Origin: Felis catus
Lineage: Eukaryota
NCBI RefSeq assembly: GCF_018350175.1
Contig: NC_058368.1
Coordinates: 174,098,001-174,162,000 of the forward strand
Direction of reading: 5' to 3'
DNA length: 64,000 nt
Under the pieces are notes generated by a model that saw nothing but the letters and a program-made list of their open reading frames with translations, did no database searches and had not been told where the DNA came from. The translations under genes were made by a program, and so were the position numbers. Below, in pieces: positions 49,650-61,947 of this stretch (position 1 is its first letter; the number at the start of each line of letters is the position of its first letter).

Positions 49650-50870
49650 TCTTAGAAAGAAAAGAGCACAAGTCCTATAAACAGTTTAATTAATTTTCAC
49701 AAAATGAGCACAATTGTGCGACCAGCACCCAGATAGTAAAATGGAACAGTATGAGTCTTCATCATAGCACCCCAGTTGCTACCCCCTTACTCCTCCTCGG
49801 AGGTAACACAGTTTTGACTTCTGACACTACAGATTAATGCTACTGATGTACGAAATCATGGAGTACGTATGCTTTTGTGTGTGGCTTCTTTTGCTTGCTA
49901 TCGCATTTGTGAGATTCATTCATGTTGTTGCCTGTGTCAGCAATGTCTTACTTTTTATTACTGTGTAGTATTCCACTCTATGACTGGATCTCAGTGTTTT
50001 GATTGATTTTTGGGTTGTTTCCAAATTTTGTATAGATCTTTTGATACATATGGGTAAGGGTTTTTGTTGGGTGTATTCCTAGGAATGGAATAAACGGGTA
50101 AAGTGTGCAGATATACAGCTTTAGTAGACACTTTCAAACAGTTCTCTGAAGTGGAGAATACCAATTTGCACTCCCATAAGCTGGATATGAGAGTTCTGTT
50201 CTTCTACATCCTCACCAACGTTTGGTATGGTCAATCTATTTTTACTTTTAGTCATTCTCTGTATGTAGAGGTTTTAATTTGAATTTATCTGATGACTAAT
50301 GAAGTACTTTTCCACATGTTTAATGACTATTTGGAAAACTTTTGTGAAGGGCTTACTTCTGTCTTTTGTCAATTCTTTTATTCTGATATGTTGCTTTTTT
50401 ATTGATTTGTAGGAGTTCTTTGTATGTTCTGGGTAGGAATCCCTTGAAGCCATATAGATTGTAAATATCTTCCCCCAGGCTGCGGCTTACCCTTTCCCTT
50501 TGTTGTTGGTGTCTTTTGATGAACAGAAGTTGCTACTTTTATCATAGGTCAATGTATCATTTCTTTCCTTTACAGTTGGCGCTTTTTGTGTTCTGCTTAG
50601 AGAAACTTTTGTCTCTCCAAGGTCAAAAAAACATTCTCCTTGTTATCTTTTAGAATCCTTATTGTTTTACCTTTTATATTTAGATTTACAGTCCATATAG
50701 AATTGATTTTAATGTGGGTATGAGACAGGGATAAAGATTAAGTATATTTTGGCCATATGGCTACTCTATTGACACAGCACTCTTTATTGAAAGGAAAAAG
50801 AAACTACCCCCCCCCCCAACTGTTCTGTTTGCTTTGTTATAAACTAAGTGTCCATATTCATTTGGGTCCA
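49650..50870 (-). mobile_element. Old LINE-1 (L1M) 3' portion inserted in an L2
   Basis: Antisense L1 motifs gagattcattcatgttgttg, ataccaatttgcactccca...gagagttc, catcctcaccaac, ctgatgactaatga, tcttttgatgaacagaagtt. L2 sequence at about 49455-49640 resumes at about 51130-51660. Confidence 0.9.
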
Positions 50871-50895
50871 ATGTAGCTTTTAAAAGTATAAAACA

Positions 50896-51115
50896 GGAGT
50901 GCCTGGGCGGTTCAGTCAGTTAAGGGTCCAACTCTTGATTTCAGCTCAGGGCATGATCTCCTGATTTGTGAGTTTGGACCCCGCATTGGGCTTTGTGCTG
51001 ATAGTGCAGAGCCTACTTAGGATTCTGTCTCCCTCTCTCTCTGCCCTTGCTCAGTCTCTCTCTCTCTCTCTCAAAATAAATACATAAAAAATTTAAAGAT
51101 AAAATAAACTAAATG
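50896..51115 (+). mobile_element. Can-SINE (SINEC)
   Basis: Head, (CT)n, A-tail; TSD aagtataaaacag. Confidence 0.94.
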
Positions 51116-51497
51116 CAAGTATAAAACAGATCAAGTTGTTAGTCTGCTAAACTTCTAATGGCATCTTTCCTGTTGAACTCAGAATAAAACTCAAACTCCC
51201 TTTAAGGTTTTGCACCCTCTGGCCCCCACCTATCTATATGATGGTATTATTCTACTACTTAACCTGTTACTCTCTCCACACCAGCCACAAAGTTTCTTTT
51301 CATTCCTTAAACACGCACCACTCACTCCTAGCTAGAGGCCTCAGCTCCCAGTTTGCAGGCTTTTGTGCCAAATGTCTTGTCACACAAGGCTTCTCTGCCC
51401 ACATTCTCTAAAATAGCCCCATTCTCTTCCCAAGTTACACTCTAGATGATTACCTTGCTTTGTCTTTGATAACACTTGCTCCTCTTTGAAAGCATCT

Positions 51498-51499
51498 TT

Positions 51500-51550
<51 letters not shown>

Positions 51551-51552
51551 TT
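51498..51552. repeat. (TTTA)n tetranucleotide microsatellite
   Basis: Directly visible. Confidence 0.97.
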
Positions 51553-53539
51553 CTGCTTCTCTCACCAGAATGTAATCGCCGTGAAGACAAGGATTGTGTC
51601 GATTGTGTTTTTCACTGAAACCACAGGGCTACGGGAAGTGGCTCAATGAATGTTTGTTGAATCGGTGAGAATATGGCCCCTCTCCACTCTGTGTTCCGTA
51701 TCGTCTAGCTCTCATGTCAGAGCAATGCACAGCATCTCAAAAGTTGCAGAATTATGTGACACACTGAGTAGGTAGGTAGACAATTCCAACATTATCAATT
51801 TCATACCTGACTTCTTTTCCCGTTTTTATTGATGTTAAGTCCCAGTTGTCATTATTTCAACAAATCAACTTATATTAATTTTTGAGAGGAAAAGAAGGAA
51901 AACCGATATTTCTTGAACTTTTATTGTATTTCACTCAATCCTCAAAACAGCCATTTGAAGGGAAGTGTTATCACCTCCAGTTTATAGATGAAGAAACAGG
52001 GACTCAGAGAGGCGAGTATGGTATGTGCTCATAAAAGTAGTTCAATCAGATTGCATAAAGATTACTCTAATGACACCAGTTCAAGCCCCCAGCAGAATAT
52101 CCTACAGAAATCATGGCATATGCCATTGAGACATTTAGCAGAGAGTTTAAATATTGGCTTTAGGGAATAGAACTTGGGTCCTCCGTCTGGTCTTCCCCTC
52201 ACCGACTTTGTGACATTGGGCAAGCTGCATGAAACCAAATTTACTTGCATGAAATAGAAGCTATTTTTTAAGCTTATTGAGAGGATTAAATAGTAACAGG
52301 CCTGTAAAGTGTTTGCATATAAGAAGCTCAGTAAATGTTGGCTGCTCGTATTGATGTTGTTGTTTTATATAGTAATTCAGTTTGCTCCTTCAAGACATTG
52401 TTGAGGAGACGCAAAAGGGGATAAGATGCTAGAAGTAACTGATGTAGAGCTTTGCAGTTGTGAGCACAGTCCTTCAAACCAGAGCTTTGGAGAGTGATCC
52501 TCTTCTGATGTGGAAGAACATTCTTAGCATGTCTCCATTTCCTTGTACAGAGAAAAGTAACAGGTTCCGGGAGGTGAAGTGGTTTGTCCAGGGTCACAGA
52601 GCTTAGATCCAAACGCAAACCCATTTGACCCTCGAGATTTGGCGCAATTCAAGTCATGAATGTTTTGGTTGTTCTGGGTTCTGAAATCGTAGCCCCTCCC
52701 CTCTCCGTTGTGCCTGCCACAGGGATAGAGAAAATCCACAGATAATCCCTAAACCTCATTTGAGGCTAATAATCACAGCCATTTATCTCCCCACCAAGCT
52801 GCTTATCGAAGCGGTGGACAAGAGGTCCAGCTGATCAGGGTCAGCAGTTCCTCTGGGTGCTGCCTGGTTGGGGTTAGAGAACTGGGTGAGAGGCGCAGTC
52901 CTACAGAGAACACAACAGATGACCGGATCCTGAGAACAGCAATACCCATATCGCTCTAGGGCAACTGAGAGAAGAGGACTTTGTGAACATTTATCCAATC
53001 TCAGAGGCCAGAGAGGAAGGACTCTCTGAGCCTTAGTTTCCCTATCTTCAGAATGGAGATAAAGACATCTGTGTTGCAGGGTCATTGTGAACATTCAGTG
53101 ACATGATGTATGTGTAATAGGGTGTCAAACTGGATTGTTTCTATCTCAGTTTCAGCTAAGGCCACAGAAGCCAGAAATAAAATATAGGTGCCAGGTCCCC
53201 TTAGGCAAAGTGAGGCTCCATTCTACCCATGAAGGTTATACTAATCAATTCTGAAGTAACCTTGATCAGCCTTGAGGGCATAAAAGGTTGAATTTAAAGA
53301 GAAGGAGAGAGAGTTTGTTTGAAGTTACTGGTGTTCTGGTTATCACCCCGCCCTGCCACTGTCATGGGGGAGAGAGAGGAACACCTTAAGAATGAGAAGG
53401 GCTCTGAGGACACCCCCCTGGAAAGTCTTGTCTGAGTCCTCTGACACTGGGAGGCCTTTAGCTTGGTATTCATCCATGTCTGGAAAACTCTAAAGGCAAG
53501 AGAGTATGGCTAGTTGGCTGTGTTGATAGCATTCACTAT

Positions 53540-53940
53540 TTCACAAATCTTTATTGAACACTTGCTATGTGCCAAGAACAGTTCCAGACTCTTAGAATCA
53601 ATGAACAAAACAGATAAGATCCCTGAATTTGAGGTACTCACCTTCTCGTGGAAAGGGAGACACAATACAGATATAAATGTGTAAGACATTTGACGTGATA
53701 ATTATTATGGAACCAATTAAAACAGAGATGGGATTAGGAAGTGCTGGGGATGTTGATATTTTTTTTTCTGAAGGGTCAGAGAAGACCTCATGATAAGGTG
53801 ATGTTTAAGCAGAAACTCAAAGGAAGAGGAGTGAGTGAAGAGAAGTGGTTGGAGGGAGGTCAGAGAAATAGAGGTAGGGGAGTTTGATTGCTATGGTGAG
53901 GACTTTGGGCTTTAGTAGATATTTGATTAACATTGGATGA
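53540..53940 (-). mobile_element. LINE L2 3' region
   Basis: caaatctttattgaacacttgctatgtgccaag...atgaacaaaacagataagatccctg...ggtcagagaagacctc...aaggtgatgtttaagcaga. Confidence 0.8.
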
Positions 53941-54782
53941 GAGAGGCAGGAACAGAGGAAATGATGGCGCTGGCTGGGATACGACCAGAGAATCTGCCCA
54001 ATGGGAAACATTAGTACTGTCACAGGGCCGTAGGGGGGCTATGTCATCCCCTTGTCTCACAGATGGGAGAATTCAGGATTTCCAGAAGCATGAACATCAT
54101 AAAACACGCTGTCCTGGCGGGTCTTTTGTGTACTGAGTTGGAGGGTTAAGAACTTGGGCTTGGACCGTGTTTTGCCATTTGGGGGCAGCTTTGAACGTGC
54201 TTTCCTAGAAACTCATCTCCTAGGAAGTCAGTGGCATTACCATGAAGAAATACAGAATTTAGGAGTTCTGCCACTGACCAGTTATGTGTCCTTGGCCTGA
54301 ATCTCAGTTTGCTTATTTGGACATCAGGGTTACTAATATTTACCTTTCAGAGAAAATGTGAAGCTCGAAGGAAGTAATGGATGGAAAGGAACTTGGCAAA
54401 TTGTGAAAAGGTGTGCAGACACATATCGTTATTGCCATCTTGGGGACAGTTAAGTACCTTAATATGCCCTCCATCCAGGAAGTATGTGGAACTTGTGGTC
54501 TGGAGTCTGTTTTTAGCCTTCCAACATCCATTTCTGCCTTCCTAAGAGTAGCTTGCCTCTCATCCATGTGGTTTAGTTGGCATTGACTTCAACATCAAAG
54601 GGTGGGCCCAGTTAGCTTAAACCAGACAGTATCTCTCATCTTTCTGGCCACAGAGATTACAGGAGGATCAGCCAATGACATAATTCAAGTCAGCCAATCA
54701 GGGCCAATTAGCTTACTTCTTTGTTGTTGTTGTTGTTGAGCAATCCCACCCCTTGCTCCCCACTTTTATTTATTTCTGGAAT

Positions 54783-54966
54783 TTTTAAAGTTTATTTACT
54801 TTTTTTTTTTTTTTGAGTGAGACAGAGAACACAAGCAGGGGAGGGGCAGAGAGCAAGGGACAGAGGATCCGAAGTGGGCTCCATGTGGGGCTTGAACTCA
54901 CAAACCGCAAGATTATGACCTGAGCCGAAGTTGGATGCCCAACCAACTGAGTCACCCAGGTGCCCC
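54783..54966 (-). mobile_element. Can-SINE with internal deletion
   Basis: Antisense head; TSD tatttctggaat (54771-54782 / 54967-54978). Confidence 0.94.
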
Positions 54967-55265
54967 TATTTCTGGAATATTTTAAAGCAAACCCCAGATA
55001 TCTTTACATTTGACTTGTCAGTATGTACCTCTTAATCAATAAGGACTTTTTCTTCCTTTTAATATGACCATAATACAATTATCACAACTAATTAACAATA
55101 ATTTTAAAAAGGTTTTTTTTTTTTTCCTTTTGTCAATAGCAGATTGAAGCACTGGCAAGGGATTACAAATAAGAATACTGGTGGTTAGGAAGCCTTCCGA
55201 TAAATGCTGATTGCTGATTTGAAGTTAGATTGTTCTGAGATGGTACCATTAGAAATTGTATTGTA

Positions 55266-55430
55266 GGGGCGTCTGGGTGGCTCAGTTGGTTGAGTAACTG
55301 ACTTCGGCTCAGGTCATGATCTTGCGGTCTGTGGGTTTGAGCCCCCATCGGGCTCTGTGCTGACAGCTCAGAGCCTGGAGCTTGCTTCGGATTCTGTGTC
55401 TCCCCCTCTCTCTGCCCCTCCCCTGCTCAT

Positions 55431-55475
<45 letters not shown>

Positions 55476-55497
55476 AATAAATAAACGTTTAAAAAAA
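55266..55497 (+). mobile_element. Can-SINE (SINEC) with long (CT)n
   Basis: TSD agaaattgtattgta (55251-55265 / 55498-55512). Confidence 0.96.
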
Positions 55498-57374
55498 AGA
55501 AATTGTATTGTAAGAGAATATTAATTAACATAGGGAAAAGTTCAAAGTGAATGTGTAAACATTTTGTTGTGTATAAAGTATGTATACACCTGAAACTAAT
55601 GTAATATTATGTGTCAACTATACTTCGATTAAAAAAGCATACACTACATATAACGGTTTTATGTATAATCATATATGATCAACCTTTCTCTGTATCTAGC
55701 ACATATAGATATAAATATATGGATAGTTTTTAAAAGGCTGAAAAAACTTTCTAATATGCCAGGATTATCTGAATGGTGGGTCGGGTGTTTGTATTTTGAT
55801 TTTCATCCCTGTATTTTCAGGGTTTGTGTGCATGTATGCTCGGGGCCAGGGCAGAGGGGCAGAGAGTATTGGGGGAAGGATCATGGCCTCTCTGGTAAGC
55901 CTGAATTAATATAATGATAATGACTCATTTCTGAGACTTGTGTTGATCTGTTGATAAGTGGACTTCACCGACTTTTGGAGATACTGACAGCTATCGTGTG
56001 GCCAAGAGAGAAGCCAGCTTTATTGTGAGGATACTGTTGTACTAGGCAGAGGAGAGATAGAATAAAACTGGATTCTTGGTGGCATTGGTTGAGTGTCTGG
56101 ACCAAACCTTACCTGAAGCTAGGCCTACCTCTGCCCTTTTCAGGTATATGAGGTAACAAATTCCTTTTACTGTTTAAACCAGTTTGAGTTGGATGTTCGG
56201 ATACCTTCAACACAAGAAATTCTAACCACTAGGTCGTGGCTTCTGAGCCCCAAAGTTTGATGAAAAAAAGATTGCATTTGAAATTTCCTGGTGGGAAGTC
56301 CCATCCACAAGCTTCCCTCCCCAAGACCCAGCCCCCCAAAGGAGTGTGAGGTTTGTCAATCTCAGTTGCCTTTGAGAATGGGTGGTTATTAGTCGCTGCT
56401 TCTTTCTCTTGGTGGTAAATGAGGTGAGTCTGGCAGAAATGCCGGCGTTATGACCTGGTGTCGGGGACCGAGTGGCATTGGTCTGGGCTATTTCCTCGAA
56501 GAGGCTGATATAATCCAAGTATCCATCTGGAATGAAGAGGAGAGCAGAGGACAGCAAAGGGAAGAGGGTGAAGAGAGACAAAAACCAAGGAGGTGGAGAC
56601 ACATGGAAAGGCACGGTGGGAGGTGGGGTGAGGTAGCACTGGTGTGGTTGGGCCTGTGGGAAGAAGCAGCAGCCCTTGATGCCTTTTCTCAATGGGTGCA
56701 AGTAGAGTCTGGTAATTTACTGCAGAATGGGCAGAATGGGGCAGAAGGAGATTCTGGAAGGTTGGGGAACATTCCCCTTCTTCTGGCGCTAAGGCAAAAG
56801 CAAGTCCAGCAGTGAAAGGACACAACGTTGACATGGTTATGGTCCAGACCTATAGAAGAGAATCTCAGTTTCCTGAGAATAATTGGGGACCAGAAAAAAT
56901 ATTCCACTCAATATGAACCACTTCAAGGACGGACTATAATTTTGTCATAAATGCAAGTTAATAGCTTTGATTTGGACTTTGTCAAGAGTTTAAAAATGAA
57001 ATAAAATTGATGATAACCTATATTTAACAAGCCATAGGTCATAATTGAAACTATGTACTGATTTTAAGGACAAACAGAAATTGAATGAAGTATTCAATTT
57101 TTTCAGGGTGTATGTTTTCCAGTAAAATTGGACAGCTCATTACAACATTTGTTATTTTCCATTTGACTTTTGCAGTACATTTATCAAGAGGTTTCTTTAG
57201 AACAAATATTCATGGATTAAAAAAAATTTCCCCGAGGGTGTCTCTTAATACTTTGATATCAAAATTATTCTCTTTTGAAGTGCCTGTGCACCCATTTGCA
57301 TGGTGTTCCAGCTACTTTTGCTACATAATAAAGCACTCCAAAACTTAAGCTGGTTCAATCAAAATTAATCTGTT

Positions 57375-57950
57375 AGAATTATGCTAGGAATTCTGGGACA
57401 AAGAACTATTCTTTCCTTCTGGCTATAGAAGTGGAAACATAGAGCCTGGGAGCTACTTGAATCTATCTTGGGACCCCTAGGGAAACAGCCTTGGGATGAG
57501 GTCAACATTGAGACAACAGAGTTAACAGGGGGAAGAAACCAGATCCTTGGAGATGTCATTGAGCTGCTAGATCTTGCTTTGCCTGAAGCTTGAACTACTT
57601 CTGGATTTTTTGTACTGGCCCCTCAGCCAACACATTTATTTTTTATTATTTTTTTTTTTAATTTTTTTTTCAACGTTTATTTATTTTTGGGACAGAGAGA
57701 GACAGAGCATGAACGGGGGAGGGGCAGAGGGAGAGGGAGACACAGAATCGGAAACAGGCTCCAGGCTCTGAGCCATCAGCCCAGAGCCCGACGCGGGGCT
57801 CGAACCCACGGACCGCGAGATCGTGACCTGGCTGAAGTCGGACGCTCAACCGACTGCGCCACCCAGGTGCCCCAACATTTATGTGGTTTAAAAAAGTCAG
57901 TTTGAGTGAGCGTCGCTGTTTTTGCAACCAAAAGTTTGCTGATATACTCA
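57375..57950 (+). mobile_element. ERVL-MaLR LTR 3' half (MLT1K/L-like), interrupted by a SINE
   Basis: gaaaccagatccttggagatgtcattgagctgctagatc...gcctgaagc...[SINE]...cagtttgagtgagc...ttgcaaccaaaag. Confidence 0.7.
57640..57873 (-). mobile_element. Very young felid SINEC_Fc
   Basis: Near-consensus, CpGs retained, long T tail; short TSD acatttat. Confidence 0.97.
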
Positions 57951-58469
57951 TCCAGTGAAGATAGCCAGATAGGAACTCAGGATATAGGGCCAAGGACAGA
58001 TTCCAGCGATGAAAACAGGTCCTAATGTCAGGGGCAGAAGTGTGGTACTCTGTGTGATGGGGTCTGGGGTTCTTTCAAACTTCCTGATTTTGTCCACAAT
58101 TGGAGCAGAACTGGGTCCACAGAGTGGTCGTCAGGGGGTCTCAGCTATGAGGAGATGAGGAGAGTAAAGGCTGGGGTCTGGTGCAGGTGAGAGCAGAGCC
58201 CATGACTGGGGCAGGTCCATCTCAGGATGCAGAGAAAGGATGAAGGCAGGGACTGAACAATTTCTGGGGGGCAGGCAAGCAGAAGAGCCTCAGGCTCCCA
58301 GAGGACCTGCCTGAGTGCCAAGAGTCTTCTAGGCACAGAATGATCGTGGAAGAAGCCACGCGGGGAGGAGTGGGTCACAGGAACACACAGGTGAGACACT
58401 GTGACCCTGTCACGGTGGTGACTGTGGTGTTGATGACGCTCAGGATGTTGTTTTGGCATGCCATATCCA

Positions 58470-58700
58470 TGCAGTATCCGTTGCCCTTTTTATCTGGGAC
58501 AGCATCTGGATTTTCCTTTGGATACTTCTTTCTCCACAGTCAGTCCTTGTTATCTGGGTGGAGGTGAGCCAACCTGGAATCCAGCATTCTGAACATGGAC
58601 AAATGGTCCAAGCTGGCCAGTGGGAATAGGGTATCTCCCTGGCCACAGTGACTGGTTGAGGGGTGGACTTTAACCTAAAGAGGGCCAAGCAAAACCCAGT
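58470..58700 (+). mobile_element. ERVL-MaLR LTR 5' half (MLT1K/L-like)
   Basis: gattttcctttgga...ctccctggccacagtgactggttgaggggtgg...ggccaa. Confidence 0.6.
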
Positions 58701-58745
58701 TAGAGGCAGTCTTAGAGGCAGACCGCTGGTAAAGAAACACTCCCT

Positions 58746-58981
58746 GGGGCGCCTGGGTGGCTCAGTCGGTTAGGCGTCCGACTTCGGCTCAGGTCACGAT
58801 CTCGCGGTATGTGAGTTCGAGCCCCGCGTCGGGCTCTGTGCTGACTGCTCAGAGCCTGGAGCCTGTTTCAGATTCTGTGTCTCCCTCTCTCTCTGCCCCT
58901 CCCCCGTTCATGCTCTGTCTCTCTCTGTCTCAAAAATAAATAAACGTTGAAAAAAAAAATTAAAAAAAAAAAAAAAAGAAA
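58746..58981 (+). mobile_element. Young Can-SINE (SINEC_Fc-type)
   Basis: Near-consensus; perfect 15-bp TSD aaagaaacactccct (58731-58745 / 58982-58996). Confidence 0.97.
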
Positions 58982-61399
58982 AAAGAAACACTCCCTTTCT
59001 GCTGAGGTCGAATATAAGCCCAAGGCTGCTTCAAAGGAAGATTTATATGAAAATAAAGCAATTTTGGAGGACAGTGGAAGAGAGAGAGAGGGAGAGCGAG
59101 AGTGGGAGAGGGAGAGGGAAGGGGGGCAGATTTCTGATGTTTGTTTGAGCACCTGGTTTCTGAAGTTAGTTTCACCCTTCAACTTTCCAGCCACACCTCG
59201 AACCAATAAATGCCCCCTTCTTTTTCCCCTTAAGCTGGCATTCAATGAGTGCCTGTCATTTTCAATGAAAAGGCTCCTAATTATGTATCTCCTATGCAAT
59301 CCTCACAGATGTGAGGTAGACATTTATTATCCCTCTTTTATAGTTAGGAAGACTGAGGTTCAGATTGAAAAGTAACTGCCACAACCCATACGGCTGGCAA
59401 AGGGCCAAGCTCGCTGAAAATCCAGGCCTTTTCTTGTTCCAGGTTGAGCGAGTTGCACATCCCATGCCCTGGATGAGTTCCACGTTCCTTCCCAGCTCTC
59501 CGATTCTCTCTGCCCTCCCCGCCTCGCTGTTGGACAGGTGCCGGGTCAGGGGCAGCAGGTAGTGGACCAGCTGCCGCCTGGGTCAGGAGCCCAGCATGTT
59601 CTCAAGGACACAGATGGGCTGGCAGCCTTGTGCCTGGGCAGGGAGCCTAAGGCGGGGGTGGACACTGGTTCCTGGAGAAAAAGCTCATTCAAGACTCACC
59701 GATGCCCCTCACTGGGCTCTAAGCCCCCAGGGCACAGGTTTGGCGCGACTTTTCTCTATGTGCCCAGTGCCCAGTGCCCAGGGTGGACTGTCTGTTTAAC
59801 ACAACTCTTCAGAGCTCCTACGCAATTGGGGGGAGCCCCCCTCCTTGGTGACCGTGACTGTCTGTTTGGGGCGGGGGAGGGGAGAGAAGACGGCAAACTC
59901 TGGAAGCTCCTCCTAAATTCTCAGCGCCTATCACAGGCCTGGGCACCCAGGAGAGCCCCACAAAGTCGTGTTGAACTGCGATGAATACCATAGCTCTTTC
60001 TCAAATCCCTTGGAGTCACTAGACCTTCCACTCTGGAATTGCAATTTTTTAAAAACATTTCTGTAGGATTAATAAAATAATAGACGGTATTTTATAAATT
60101 ACAATAAGATACCTCTGCTAGTTCTAGTAACAGCATTTACTGAACACCTACTATGTGTCAGGCACTAGCTTGGTGCTTACCTCCACCGTCTCGTTTGATT
60201 CTCCGGATAGCTCATGAAGAAGGTACTTTTATGCAGTTCCACTTCGCAGATGACGAAACAGAGCTCACAGACATGAAATCACGCATCCAAAGCCTCACAG
60301 GACGCATACCAGCAGAATTAGGAATTTCTGCCCAGATCGGGATGATCTCAGAGCCATGGCTTTTGCCACCCTACCTGTCCTGCTGCCAGCTATTGAGGCC
60401 AGTTGCGGCCTCAAGACGGAGGGTGCTTTGCACCTGATTCAAGCAGCTAGAGCATCTCGTTTCCAAGAGCCGTCCCCTCAGTAGGTCTGAGCGTCTCTGG
60501 GCTCCTGGATTTCTCCTTCTGGCAGCCTCTCAAACAACACATGCCCAAATGGCCAACACTGAGGGCTTCATCTTGCTCGAATTCCTGTCTTCTTTGTCTC
60601 TCTGGGTGGGGCCGGTTGGCCCAGACACACACCTAAGCCTCGTCAGAGTCTTTTTCTTCCTCATTCCTCATGTCTAATCCATTGTGAGGTCTGGCCGCCA
60701 CCTGCCTCCCACCTCCACCTGGGCTCCCCGTGTTAGTTTAGGCCCAGGTGACTGTAGCAGCCTCCTTGATGGTCTCCCTGCCTCCATTCTGCACATCGAC
60801 TGTCCGAGTGACCCTTTCTATAGCACAGATTCAACCTCAGTCACTCCTCATTGCCCGTAGGATCAAGTCCGGATGCCTTAGCCCGGTGTCCAAGATCTTC
60901 ACAGACTGATGCTTGCCCACTTTACACCTGTATCTGCCACCGGGACCTCCTCTCTTGCCATCCCCTTGCAGCAGATGCTCTTATGACTTCCTGTCACCAG
61001 TACGAGACATGAGACAAGAGCGGAGAGCACGGGAAGGGAAAGGAGAGAGAGGGCCGTGACAACGAGCTGTCCCTTTCTGGCACAGCGACCCAGCCCACTA
61101 GGAAACTTAGTATGTTCAGCGTCATAGGATCTTGCTAGTTAATTCCTCCCTTCCTTTTGGGAGAACCAGAAGGGGGACGAGGAGCAAGCTAGAACATGAA
61201 CAGGTCCCCACCCCTCATGGACACTGTGGGAGGGGGCTCGGAAATAGAAAATTGTCTCTTTATGGCCTCTACTTACCTGCCTGTCTCGATAAATGACACT
61301 TCCTTATCCCCTGATGCTGGGAGCAGGTGGAAGACAAAGGCCGGTAGGTTGCTCTCCAGCGGAGGTGACACAAGTCTTTATGCTCTGCCACCTGAGCTG

Positions 61400-61945
61400 C
61401 AGTTTACAGGAATCAGTTATATTTGTTGCCTTGCAATAACTCATATTTATGGAGTATTTCCAAAGCACTCAGCTGAGCTTTCTTCAGAACAACCACCTTC
61501 CCTTTTTTTGTGCTCATGTTCCATCGGTTCACATCATACTTAACTAAATAACATAATTACAATCATGCGTTCAATACAAGTAAAATATAGGAAAGAAAGC
61601 TCTATTTCCATGAGAACTAAGTCGAATGCTTTGAAGACACTCCATAAAGGTCAGCGTTAAAAAAAATTCTGTCGAATTACGTGTGGATGAAAGACCCGTG
61701 AAGCATTAGGGAGATGAGCATAAAAATCCAGAAGGATTCTGCACTCAGGCTGCATTTTCTTGTTCTACTTTGAGGATGTCTGAAGTGTAAATGTTAGATG
61801 TCTTGTGGCTGTGTTTTGTTGGGAAAAAAAGAGAATGCAGAACTCCATCAACAGACCTCCTCTTAAAGGCCTCGAAGGCTTCCATCCAAATGTTGCTCAG
61901 ATTCGTGCACATTTACATGCTTTATGTTAGAATAGGATGTTTAGG
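61400..61945 (+). mobile_element. Tigger/pogo DNA transposon fossil (Tigger13-like) with disrupted N-terminal HTH coding sequence
   Basis: From about 61610 translates, with stops and frameshifts, as MRTKSNALKTLHKGQ..KKI..ELRVDERPVKH..EHKNPEGFCTQ...DVLWLCF, a CENP-B/pogo HTH-like pattern. Confidence 0.75.
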
Positions 61946-61947
61946 TA

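Larger units (their letters stand above)
54480..56225 (+). mobile_element. ERVL-MaLR LTR (MLT1K-like) split by about 1.2 kb of nested SINE/L1 insertions
   Basis: 5' half about 54480-54720 (caacatccatttctgccttcc, ggccacagagatt, ccaatcag); 3' half about 55980-56225 (acctgaagctagg...aaattccttttactgtttaaaccagtttgagttgg). Confidence 0.6.
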
